A stretch of DNA of 57,910 nt, filler included, from Sphacelaria rigidula (taxonomy: Eukaryota): the NCBI GenBank assembly GCA_964200075.2. It is 6 parts of 6 records of this genome, joined end to end, with 100 filler letters (N's around TTAATTAATTAA, not from the genome) between each part and the next. Parts side by side here need not be neighbours in the genome. Positions count along the whole stretch, not along the records: positions 19,339 to 28,907 come from CAXNAA020008191.1; positions 29,008 to 38,575 come from CAXNAA020008192.1; 4 more parts are not named here. One strand, written 5' to 3'. Under the pieces are notes generated by a model. The model was not told where the DNA came from, did no database searches, and saw only the letters and a list, made by a program, of their open reading frames with translations. The position numbers and the translations under genes were made by a program. Positions 25,482-37,292 of the stretch are shown piece by piece (the stretch's first letter is position 1; each line of letters starts with the position of its first letter).

Positions 25482-27214
25482 GTACGAGATGGTATGGTTC
25501 GAACCTGTAAGAGTTGTTCTGATGGAATCAAGAGCTGCGGAAGGGAAGGAGGGGTTGCCGTAGCTGCAAGTAAGAGCATCGGGAAGGAAAGGGGTGCTGT
25601 AGATTGAAGATGGAGCAGTTTGTGCGGCTAGGTTCGAAATGCCGTTTTTCGGGGTCATGTATGACATATACAGACAGTAGCATCCAGTGCGCACGGCGAT
25701 GATTGATCCAAGGGGAGACGCGGCGAGTCTTCTGGGTTCAGCAGCTAGTCTAGACTCGGCCTGTGTGTTTGCCGTCGGTAACATGGGACAGGCAGATGTT
25801 TGATTGCACCAGCTGCGGCGCTTTTTCTGTTTTTTTCAGTATCCTCAGGAAGAGGGGCTCTGCACGGCTCAGTACACGCACCGTGTACTGCTAATACATT
25901 ACATACTCATCACTACAGCACTCAGGAAATAGACGAAACTGTTCCGAAAAGGACCATCAGTACATGTGAAGGATCGAATGTCGACAGCACTGAAGGCTCC
26001 TGCTGCGCTGAGCTTGGTAGAGTAGACGATGATATCCTGCCTGCACGACAGGTATCTATTGCTTGTCATCTCTCGCGAATTAGGTTTCTGATGAGCGAAT
26101 TGTGATTGCCTTTGTCTTGGCTTCAACAGGCGGGGTTATCTACAAATGGGTGACGAAAGTAATTTTCTAGAGCAGGATTCGGAACATTTCTTCTCACTCC
26201 GACCAATCAAAGCGTGCGCCCCTCCGCACCAAATTTAACCTTCTTGCGCTCGCGACCAACTGACAATCTCGCCGATCCATGGGGGACAACAATAGTTTAG
26301 GCCTAGATGGCCGTTAGCCGTTGGGCCGCTCGACAGATTTCATCTTTTGTAATAGCTTCGACCAAAAGGATTGCAGCCTGACATGCTTGAGGGGGGGTTG
26401 CCGTGTCTGACGAAGATTCAGCAGCAAATAGCAGCTGATGAAGGCTAGAGTGTGCGGAAAGGACGGACTCACCGCTGCGGTACCGTGTGTTTTGCTCTTA
26501 TCTTGTGTGTGTCAATGTGCGTATGTCTGCCAATTCGCTGTTGCAGGTGGGTGAGAGATTCCCGCGAACCTCCGGCCAAAAATCGAAACACCAACACCAA
26601 ACTCGCATTTTGCTCGTACAGATAGCAATGCAGTGCCTGGCTGGACTAACCCAACAGCAGACGAAACATACATATAACCAGACATCAAGTTTGCCGGCAA
26701 TATGGACAACTATCTCGAAGTCACATCTGCCCCGCCATAACCGAATATCGGGTAGGTACGACAGTAATATCACGAACCAGGACTCAAATCACAAACCACA
26801 GTCTCGTGAGGAGGCGGGGTCGAGCTTCAGAAGGCGCTTAGTCGATGGGAAAGCGAGGGAAGCAGCGGATCCCTGAGGCGTTTCGCCAGATATTCGACAT
26901 GTTCAAGCTCCTGGGGCGGCGTGTATGTACGACGCAAAAATTAGTTTCGCTGGGGAGGGGAAGATAAAACGGAGGGAAGGCCAATGAAGAAGAAATGACG
27001 TATATTTTTTGTTTAAAATTCGGGTCAAAAATTGACCCAATTTTGGCTACTTCAAGTCCGGGTTTTGCCGAATTCGACCGATTTTACCATTTTCGTGCCT
27101 TGACGAGAGTGAAAACGCGACATAGTGGTTTAGCATTCGGCATGGCTAGCCTCTGCACGAGAAGTGGGCTAAAACCAAGAGTTTTTAGCGTTTTTCACCA
27201 TATTTAAAGCGTTT

Positions 27215-27435
27215 TGAACTTCATTTTTTCCCCCGCAGACAAGGAGCGAAATACCGCTATTTTTAAACCGACTGATTTGTTTTCGGCCGTTCGGCCGCGT
27301 GGGGGTGAGCAGCAACTGTTGGGAAAAAATGACTACAAAAACGCCAAAAGAAAAAGTTGTGAAAAAGCGAAAAAGATTCGACATGGCTGAAAGGCCGCAC
27401 AAGCCTAAGCACCTAAACCCACGGGACAGAGGAAG
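27215..27435 (+). mobile_element. Right end of a DD39D-mariner-like element in the predicted FtsZ intron 1
   Basis: Similar to 580-808 and ends in the identical GGGACAGAGGAAG|TA. Left end not found. Confidence 0.65.
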
Positions 27436-27725
27436 TAGTCTCAGTTGTATCTTCCGGTAATGTGTTGCACGTGATGCTGTTTACTATATTACGTGCACGA
27501 AATCTTACAAGGAGTTACACTCGTTCGATTATGCCATGCCCTAGCCACGCCATGGGTAAGGTGAAGCTACCAACGCACTGTGCTCGTTTGCGGCATCGTC
27601 CACGTTTGGTATATTTCGTTTGAAAAAAAAAAGGGAAGTGCCGACCCGCGGTGAAGCGACATGCCAACGTTTTCGCGCCCATTTTTTTCCTTTCCACTTG
27701 TATGCGGTGCGACATGTGTGGTAAG

Positions 27726-28020
27726 GTGTTTGAGTCCTCAGCTAAGGAGTCTTCTGCCTCCTCGAACCGTCGTCCCTCCAATGGAGGGGAAGACGCAAAC
27801 TCCACTACTACACCACGTCGCCCGCCAACACCACCAGCAACATCGCCGGCGTCATCGGCGTCGCTGCTGTCCGCATTGGGCACAACACCGCCGCTAGACC
27901 GATCCGTATTGCAGGCGGCGGCGGGAAGGGGGGCGGGCGATGAGGTTGAGGAGGAGGGCGACAACAGTAGTAGCGATGATCATGATACTCCTCGTGCCGC
28001 TGTTGCTTCAGAGGAAGAGG
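27726..28020 (+). CDS. ftsZ: Probable exon 2 of FtsZ (low-complexity N-terminal extension)
   Basis: Open, GC-rich frame VFESSAKESS...AVASEEE after a pyrimidine tract. Phase-0 acceptor at 27725 (alternative at 27734) and a strong donor g|gtgagt, phase 1. Confidence 0.55.
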
Positions 28021-28429
28021 GTGAGTAAGATGACTTGTACCAGGTACAGCATGCGTACGGTACACACGAGCTCAGTCTTTTGCTATACTGTTGTAGCACA
28101 GCTTTACCTCTCACTGCTGCACTGTCTGTACCACCCCACAGCCTATTTTTCGTATTCGTGGGAAATCTATTTCCGCCTGGCCGTGTTTATCTTCCACCCG
28201 CTTGGCGACCTCAACAATGAGTCACTACAGACTTTACAATTAGTAAGGTGCACACACGTATGAAAAATGATTTCTCATCATCTGACTAGGAGACATTCAG
28301 CTGTTCCCGCTTATAGTCCTTTTTTCTCCATCCCCCCTGCCCCTCGCGCTCCCCCGGGCCGGACCGAACCGAACCGGACGAACCGAATCGAACCCCGGGA
28401 TGCGTACTCCTTCGGCGGCTCTACACCAG

Positions 28430-28564
28430 CGCCATCGTTCGGAAATTTGAACCCTCCGGTGATGCCCATGGAGCCACCGCCCCTTCCTTTCCACCAGGGA
28501 AATTACATGGAATTCGCGCCACGGATAACCGTCGTGGGCTGTGGCGGGGCGGGCGGGAACGCAG
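28430..28564 (+). CDS. ftsZ: FtsZ exon with the start of the tubulin/FtsZ GTPase domain (alphaproteobacterial/mitochondrial type)
   Basis: MEFAPRITVVGCGGAGGNA+G|gtatgt matches FtsZ loop T1 (alphaproteobacterial LKPRITVFGVGGAGGNAV). The acceptor could be AG at 28429 or 28300, both in phase. The rest of the gene is cut off by the contig end. Confidence 0.85.
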
Positions 28565-29007
28565 GTATGTGTTGCCTTGTGAAATGATGGTGATAGTGTC
28601 GTTTCGAGACGTGCATCTGTTTCTGGTGACGATGGTGGTGTACTGTGGACTTCCGTGGGATATTACAACATTTTCTTACCGTCAGCAGTGGTGTGAATCT
28701 TGATGGAAATGCTATGCTCCGACTACGAGTCGTCCCCGTAGCCGAAGCGTGGCCGCCTAACCCAGAGGTTATTAGTTATTATTCTCCACATTTCCCTTTT
28801 TTTTTATCTCTCTCCCTCTTTCTCGCCCCCCCCCCCCCCCCCCCTCCCCCCCCCCCCCTCCCCCCTCTCTTCTTTTTTTCTTTCTTTTTTTTGTTTTTTG
28901 TAGGTGGNNNNNNNNNNNNNNNNNNNNNNNNNNNNNNNNNNNNNNNNNNNNTTAATTAATTAANNNNNNNNNNNNNNNNNNNNNNNNNNNNNNNNNNNNN
29001 NNNNNNN

Positions 29008-29077
<70 letters not shown>
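29008..29077. repeat. (TAA)n microsatellite at contig start
   Basis: Read directly from the sequence. Confidence 0.95.
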
Positions 29078-29078
<1 letters not shown>

Positions 29079-32000
29079 TAAGATGAACAAAGAGAACTCG
29101 TATAATACCTAGTACTCCAGTCTGTGTGTTTCATTATTCAAACACTACAATAGTACCAGCATAGTAATATGTACCATACGAGTAATACAATAATACTGTA
29201 CGGTAAATGTGGGCATGGCGCGACGAGTCGGGAACGTACTACTCGGACGTGTGATCCAGGGGGATGATACATTTAGTACCACCGCTGTTCGTAGAACCGT
29301 TTGGTGCGTTGCTGATTTCTGGTACGAACTGGACGAACCAGATGGCGGGCTAAACAAACTCGTTCTGGACAGGATACAGGTATCCGAGTTATGACAGATG
29401 ATGGAAATGATTTTCGCGGGAACTGGGTCAAAATATCGCGAACCAGCAAAACCTCAAGCGATAGCCCTGGCCGGACAGCTGCGGGTAGGACACCGCACCG
29501 GTGTGGACGTGCACTGAACGATTCAATGAACCACGAGTAGGGTCCACTCATTTCAAAAACCGAACCTACCATTCAACCACAGTGGGAACCAGCGCACAAG
29601 TCCTCCACCGCCGAGCCCAAGACATTCCGCACAAATTTCGAATTACTAGTTTTACATGCCTCTGTCTGCAGTCTCCGATCCACCATATCCCACAATCAGT
29701 ATATACGTTTGAGTACTGTTGTACAGAAGAAGGTCATAAAACTGATTAATGAAGACAGACACATGTACCAAAAAAGATACAGCCAATTTATGTATGAAAA
29801 CGGACAGTGCAGTACTCCAATGTTTTTCACCACAAATGAAACAACGTACCGAACCGCATCAAATGGGAAAATATATACTCGTGGTACACGGCGCAAGGCA
29901 GGGCGGTACACAGCTGTTGTAACATTTCCTCCCGTACTTTATGATCTGGTACCCACCTCCTCGGCACCGTGCAGTCCGATAGTCTCCTCTGCTAGTCTAC
30001 ACATATTTTCCATCTTTTCCTAGGAGAGGGGCGCGCGCTCGCTCACCAAACCCCTTTTTTTGTTCTCGTTGCTCTCGAAGACACTGTTGCACGTTCGAAC
30101 AACAGCGCCTGTGAGAGCAACTACAACGAAAGGGGTATGGTGAGTGACCGGGAGCCTCTCTCCTGGGAAAAGATGGAAAATATGTGTAGACTAGCGGACT
30201 GCACGGTGCCGAGGAGGTGGGTACTGGATCACAAAGTATGGGAGGACAAGTTTCCAGGATAGAGGCTCGCGCTCTCTCACAAAACCTCTTTTGTTGTTGT
30301 TGTCCTCGAAGACTGTTGTTTGTTCTCACCTCAAGACGTGAAACATCGGCACCATCTTGGTGGCGTTGTTGCTGTTGCTGCTGCTGCTGTTGCCGCTGAG
30401 CCTGCGAGGTTGTGTCATGAACACCTCGATCCCCATTGAAACAGACGCCGTTCGGCGGTTTGGCATCGTAGTTCCTGTTGCGCTGCTGGTGCTGCCCGTG
30501 AACCCGCGAGTTCGGGTCACGGCCACCTTCCCCACGAAAAGAGCCGTAACCGTTCCGCCGGTTGGCCCCGTGATCCATGCCGAGCGTGTCCCTGTGCGGT
30601 GCTCGTCTTGACTGCTGTGACTGCTGTTGGTGCCGCAGGTGGAACGACATGCAGCCATCAAATCTACGGCGACTACCACCACCCCGAGAGCCGAATGTCC
30701 TTTCCGCCATGATGCGCTCGTGTTTCAAACTGATTTGATCTCCAAACAACCTGGATACATGTCGAATCTTAGTCGAATGGTTGTCATGCAACTGTTCGTT
30801 GCGGGCTGAGTTGATAGATTGTTGCATCTTTTTACTGTATACTATAGCACCTACTTCCAGACCCGCGGTTGGATGTCCAGACTGAAACTCTGTGGTTCTG
30901 CTCGAGAAAGACCGCGATAAATCGATTTGGTCTTTTTCGATTGCTCGGTCATCGCACATCAACTGCCCTGCTACAAATCCAGCCGTGGTATCAAGACAAC
31001 TGTACCCGAGGTAAATGAGAATCATTCGCTGGGGAGAAATCGATAAACAAGTGCCCTGCTGATGTCTCATAATTTGTTTATATTTCATGATAATCCAGTG
31101 TTTTAAGCATCTATCGTTTGTGGATGTATACAAATCATTGGAAAAAATTCAGGAGGCACGCCATCGTTATGCCGTTGCACAGGTTGAACGCACAAGTGAG
31201 GAGGTACATTCGCGGTACAATAAAAGTTTGTATCAAAAAGTAAATGCTATTGTACTGTTTGTGGGTGCGTCTGCTTGGTGTTGACTTCGCGAGGCAGCGG
31301 GTACCGCTTCTTAGGCCCAGTCCCTTCACTCAGATCCGCGGTCGAGAAAATACTTTTCAGGAAACACCCATCAAAATATCTCTCCTGAAGTGGGAGGGTA
31401 CGGTAAGTCACCGTCGTTTCTACTCTCTCAGGGTAGTAGATAAGTCTATCGCCAACAAATTTCGGATGGAAGAAGGGAATGTTTTCGACCGCATTTTTGA
31501 TCGAGATGTTGGACTAGATTATGACTCATTTGTATATCAGGGAAGAGTTCGCTCCATGGAGCTCAACGCGCCAGGATCTGTTGGATGTACTCCAGAGCAC
31601 TGGGGAAAGATATGATATCCTCAGAGCAGAAAGCGCCGGGAGATGCTAGCCTCGAGCGTGAAATTGGTGGTGAAAGTAGTCGGCACATGGTCGTCGAAGA
31701 GGTGAGCCGCATTGTTTGCCCACTTTGCGACAGAAGGTTTGTGTTCCGAAATACAGTCGTGCGCATGTTGACGGGTGACACACTGCACCGATAACCCTAC
31801 AAGGACAACTGTGCTATACTACCCTGTACTCTTCTTTGCTGTTCTATATTTCTTCATACTATTGCCAACTGCAGTGTGTTGTTGTGATGTACTACCGAGG
31901 TCAAGCTGTGTTTCAGTGCACTGCAGCGGTCCGGCGAAATAATGTTCCGATATGTACTACCTGTGGGCAAAATTGATGAACAGCCAGACAGCACTCCCTG

Positions 32001-32214
32001 CGAGGTGTTAACTCCGTGCTGACTTGCTGCACCGTTTTCAAGTGTATCACTGCCTCGTTTGATCGGTTAAACCGGCAGCAGTCGTATAGACAGTGCAGGA
32101 TAACGTATGATGAATGCACAACCGTTGTAGCTGGTTATCGAGGCGCCACCATATTTGTTACAGTACCTATACTTTGGTAGTACTGTGGTGTGCAGACCGA
32201 GGTTCCACGTATAA

Positions 32215-34051
32215 GATGAACTTTGGCAGTCACTATCGTTTTTTTCGAGCATCCAGGGGGAAAACATCGGGTAACGCTTTTTATGGACTCCGATTTGGAC
32301 TGATTCGGGGAATTCGGGGGGCGGTGGGTCCATGGGTACGGGCCGGATTTCATAACGCACACACTAATTTCAAGTAATTTCATATCAATTATTACCAGTC
32401 CCTCAACGTTTCATAACTCATTTCATAACGCAAACTTGATCTTAGTATGGACTCCGTCACACTTGTGTTCTCCGGCCTTCTGCCACCCGCAGCCGCATTA
32501 CAGGACCGTGCCGCGGAGAGATGGTATCTAGGACAACAACGGCCACACAAGGAGTGATTTGTCGTTCTATGTACGGGTTGGTGTACCAAACATTCGCTAT
32601 GAGCGTCGTTGTGCCTCCGGTATGGTTACGGTGGCCGGGGTTGGCGTTGCAGTCTCCATTTGCGCTTAACTTGCTCGTCCTCGCCCTGCACCCTCCACGG
32701 CTTCGGATACGGACCAGGCATGAGATACGACGGTGCTATCGTCGTCATTGTGCGTTGTTTCATGCTCAAGAACGGCACAACCCCGACAGAAGGACTATAT
32801 CAGCATCAATGCTGCTGGCTCCCTATTGTTGGCCGTCGTGCTTTAGTTCGTGATGGCTCGTGTTGATCGGTGCCCGTACAGACAGTCGGCGGCGCCGCGC
32901 CAGGAATTATTCAGAGATGCAATGGCGAAGACGATTAAGCACTGTACACACCGGACGTAGGACAGCTAAGGTAAACATGTATCTCTACTGCGTGTGCGAC
33001 CCCGCGTGCTAGAGCACCGCCCCCTTTCGAAGGTGTACCGTAGGCTTGCTTCATGGTGACATGGAGCTTGTGAAAACATCATCGATATACTGTACTATTC
33101 TGCGCTGAAGCCAGCCGGCGGAGAGAAATGAAGCCCAGACCGGGCTTCGACGTAAAAAACCCCGAACAAATTAACCTTGTTGACCTCTCTGCGGGGCATG
33201 GGGCTTGAGTAGCGCATATGTGTACACCAACGCAGAATCTCGGCTGAAATCCGTTCGAGAATCATGGGTAACAACAAAAAAATAGCTGATTTCAGTTTAA
33301 CTATTTCATAACGACCCTTACCCATGAACCCGGTGCCAATCGGGGGCAAACAAACAAAAATCGGGGAGTCGCGATCTCGGAACGGATTCCCTCAATTTTT
33401 TGAGGTGAATTACGTGCAATGACGTAAAATGGTGGGGTACGAGGCGTTTGATACTTCTGCAACGGCAGTAGAAGACTGTACCGTGACGGCGCCGGGCGTG
33501 CCTACTGCTCGCGCCAGCTGCTGAATCAACGTCGCACGGGGTTTGACAAGCGGATGATAAGTGCTGACGCCATACCCTGCGGCCATGGTAATATTTTCTG
33601 CTGCGCTGCGCTGCCATATGTATTACCACAACGAACGGTACTGTACTTTCCTAGCTGTTGTCGCTGTGCTTGAGAGGTGATGTACGGCACTGCACTTCTG
33701 AACTCTGGTCGCGCACTGTTTGTTTTCTGTTCTCACAATACCAACTGTGCCATAATGTACTACCGCACGGCATTAGCATGTGCTGTACTGATGGAGTATC
33801 GTATTACCCTAGGGTACCGAGGTACGACACTGTACTCTAAGGATTGTTCACCGCCTGCCTACTCCTCGGCTTCATGCACGAGAACGCAGTACCTCACTCA
33901 TGCAGAAAATGACCGTCTGTGTACAGAACCGTTCAACAAATCTGTGATACTGTATCGTCTGTACCATAAAACCGTTCCCTCGGTTTTGAGTTCGTGAATT
34001 TGAGTCCCCCCTTTTAAAAAATATCAAGTTTCGTTGCCATAAAAGTTGGTC
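32215..34051 (+). mobile_element. Harbinger-like R1 copy with a nested element
   Basis: TAA|gatgaactttggcagtcac ... gttgccataaaagttggtc|TAA. The body aligns with 16311-17150. Confidence 0.78.
32326..33331. mobile_element. TIR element family R2 (3-bp TSD, Harbinger-like) nested in R1
   Basis: GGT|gggtccatgggtacgggccg ... cgacccttacccatgaaccc|GGT. A reverse-oriented homologue lies at about 56848-57830. Confidence 0.75.
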
Positions 34052-34054
34052 TAA

Positions 34055-34333
34055 GGCCGGATGTTGTGGTACACAGATTTTTGGCCCACGGGTTGTTCAC
34101 TTTTGGGACGTTCGGCCCACATTTTGATCCCCAAACAGGGAAAACCGCCAATACACGTCTCGGACACTTTGCATCACCCCACAGAGCGGAGCCTAGTCTG
34201 CTTTTTTCAGATTCGCTTGGCTCCAAGGTTTCGAGATTGGCCGCTGAACCACAATTCGTGCGCAAAAATCTGTGCTTGCCGACCCCCGCCAGTTTGCCGT
34301 GGGCCAAAAATCTGTGTGCCATAACAGCCGGCC
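34055..34333. mobile_element. Harbinger/Tourist-like MITE
   Basis: TAA|ggccggatgttgtggtacacagatttttggcccacgg ... ccgtgggccaaaaatctgtgtgccataacagccggcc|TAA, TIR about 36 bp. Confidence 0.88.
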
Positions 34334-34336
34334 TAA

Positions 34337-36029
34337 GATCATCTTCGTACGGCAGTCACCAATCTCGATTTTTCAGCATCGGGGGGAAAAAATCGGAGAA
34401 CGCATTCTATAACAACGATTTGGACCAAACCGGGGGAGAAAAAGTCGGGGTGTCACGATCTCGGAACGATTTCCCCCGATTTTTCGGAATCATCGCGGAA
34501 AATCGTCCGAGATCTTGAGACCAACTTGTATGGCAGCCAATCCTGAATCTGGCGGGACCCCAATCTGTGCCAAACCGGGGGGACTCAAATTCGCGAAACT
34601 CAGATTCGTGTGTACGCCTGTATGTGTCATGCCTTCACAGATTTGTTGAAATTGTCCTGTACATGGAGGATCATTTTATGCAGGGGTGTAGTGTCGCAAT
34701 GAAGCCGAATAACAGGTGGGCAGTGAATCATTTTCCAAGAGCAGCGTCGTACCGTGGAACGCTAGGGTATAATGCAGTGCAGTACACTCCACAATCACAG
34801 TACACGGTAATGCCATGTGGTAGTACATGATGATACCGTCGGTATTGCGAGAACAGTGCAGTGTCGACAAGAGTTCACGAGTGCAGTGCCACTCGTCGCC
34901 CTTCAAGTACATCGACAGCAGAGTGTAAGAAAGTACAACAGCACCGTTTGTTATGATGATACATACAGTAGCGCAGTGCCGCATAAAAGATTGCCATCGC
35001 AGCAGGGTACGGCGTTAACACTTATTATCCGCTTGTCAAACCCCGTGCGAAGCTGCTTCAGCAGCTGGCGCCGGCAGGCACGCCCCGTGCCTGTCACGAA
35101 GCTGTCTGCTGCTGCGGTTGCGAAAATACCAAACGCCTGTTACCCTATCACCGTACGTCAATGTACATACGTCACTTCCCGCAGATTCAGGGGACCTCGA
35201 TTTTTTCCCAGATCTGCGCCAAAATTGGGGAAAATCGTTATCAAATCGTGACATACGAATCTAAGCTTCCCCGATTTGGGCCAAATCGCGGTCCATAGAG
35301 GCCGTTTCCGGATTTGAGGTCCCCCAGTCTCCACACAGATCCGTTTTTGTGACTGTCATATAAGATGGTCTGACTCCCCCCGATTTTTTGAGGAGGCGTA
35401 CGTGCATTGACGTACAATAGTAGGGGACGAGGCGTTGTATATTTTTGCAACTGCAGCAGAAGACAGTCTCGTGACAGCGCAGGGCGTGCCTGCCCGCGCC
35501 AGCTGCTGCAGCAGCTTCGCACAGGATTTGCGAAGCGGATAAAAAGTGTTGACGCCGTACCCAACGGCGGTGGTAGTATTTCATCCTGCACTGCGTTGCC
35601 ATATGTATCACTACAACGAACGGTACTGTACTCTCCTACTCTGTTGCCGCTGTAGTTGCAGGGTGATGTATGGCACTACGCTGCTGAACTCCTCTCGCGC
35701 ACTGTTCACTGTTCTCGCAATATCGACCGTGCCATCATGTACTACCACACGCTATTGTCATGTAATGATGGAGTTGCCTGCACTGTATTACCCTAGGGTA
35801 CCAAGGTACGACACTGTACTCGAAGGATTATTCACCGCCCGTCTACTCTTCAGCTGCATGCACGAGTACGCAATACCACGGTGATGCAGAAAATGACTGC
35901 CTGTGTACAGAACTGTTTCACAAATCTGCGATACTGTCTGAACCTTGACACGATCCTCCCGATTTTGAGTTCGCGCATTTGAGTCCCCTTGTCTAAAAAA
36001 ATCTAGATGCGTTGCCGTAAAAGTTAGTC
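34337..36029 (+). mobile_element. Harbinger-like R1 copy interrupted by an inverted R1 copy
   Basis: TAA|gatcatcttcgtacggcagtcac ... gttgccgtaaaagttagtc|TAA. Removing 34519-35373 restores colinearity with the 16311-17150 copy. Confidence 0.82.
34519..35370 (-). mobile_element. Inverted R1 copy inserted into R1
   Basis: TGA|gaccaacttgtatggcag ... gtgactgtcatataagatggtc|TGA. Confidence 0.85.
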
Positions 36030-36037
36030 TAATTCTA

Positions 36038-37292
36038 GACTTGAGTTCCGTATGCGCGTTTCTGTATTGAAATTAAGCTTCAATTTTTTTTTCAAGCTTA
36101 TCTTTTCATTTTTGAAGCCCTACTTGAAGCTTTTTTTGCGCAAATTAGGCGCGCTTTACGCCTCCTTATTCCCGTCCTTGTTGTAACGTTGTGGCCGTAT
36201 TCCCTCACGAGGCGCGCCTCCCAGCATGAGGGCAAGACGACAAGTTGTGCATTGGAAATTTCGATCTTTATTTTCGATGAAACATTGTAGCTTTTTTTCA
36301 GTCATTGAGTTTGAAGGCCACAAACTGCATACATATACCCTAACCCGCCGATGCAAAGAAATGCCACCACACTTACGATACGTGATCCAGCAGTACGGCG
36401 TTGTAGCCTCTGGACACGGGGCATTGCAGCCTTTGACCTCTCGTCCGGCAAGCTATGGGCTACAAGCTACCCCCCCCCATCGTCTACCGTCAGTCGACAT
36501 TAAAAATCTTGTCGAACTACCGGTACCGATTGTACTTGATCATAACCGCGGATGGATCCGGTCGCCCAAAGCCTTATCCTGCCGGGAGTTCAAGCACCCC
36601 CTCAAAGTCGAAAACACTCGCTCCAAAGACGCGGACGATGGCTGGATAAGGACAATATCTATCGCCACGACATATCAACTGGGAAGCCGTTTCTCGTTTT
36701 TGTCCCTGAACGACAGCAAGCCGTACTCTGAGTGCGCGCCTGAGGCCACGACCAAAACCTCGTAATTCTCGGACAGTAGGCCCGCCATGACCTCGGGAGT
36801 TACGAAGGGGAAAACGAGGAGCTGGCGAAACTCGTTCCCGGTTCAGCCTGCGTGCTGGTTCATATAAACGGAGGCGATGAGCTTTGCTGCTTCCGAAATC
36901 TTCATGAAGCGAAGAAGTGCTAGTCTCAGTCACATTTTTTGAAACAAGATAGGACCATGTGTACAGAATATAAAGTGGAACATTCTGCTGATCAGCCCCG
37001 CAAAGAATATGAACACGAAACCCGACCATAGAAGTTCAAGCCCGAAGCCTGTCGGCCTGCCGGTGACCGAGTCATGCCACATGGAGCACTTGTGGGCAGC
37101 TGGCTGCAGGAGGCGGGTAAAAAATATCGCGGACTTTGTGCGCGTTTTATTGGCGTTTTATGCGCGTTCCAAGCATGTGAAGCTCGTTTAAAGTATATTT
37201 TGCTAATTATAAGCTTTGCGACAAGAAGGCCTATTTAAGCTCAATACCCCTAAATTAAGCTGAACTTTATGCGCGCATACGGAACTAAAGCC
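36038..37292 (-). mobile_element. Internally deleted hAT element with a transposase C-terminal remnant (about 36515-36920)
   Basis: Minus frame reads NEKRLPS*YVVAIDIVLIQPSSASLERVFSTLRGCLNSRQDKALGDRI, then frameshifted SAVMIKYNR, matching the hAT dimerisation domain. TIRs agttccgtatgcgcg / cgcgcatacggaact; TSD not resolved. Confidence 0.82.

Noticed and set aside
29997-31133. 378-aa ORF as a host gene
   Set aside because: No recognisable domain, the 3' part is built from the local duplications, and upstream frames are broken. It may be a decayed gag-like region but cannot be supported.
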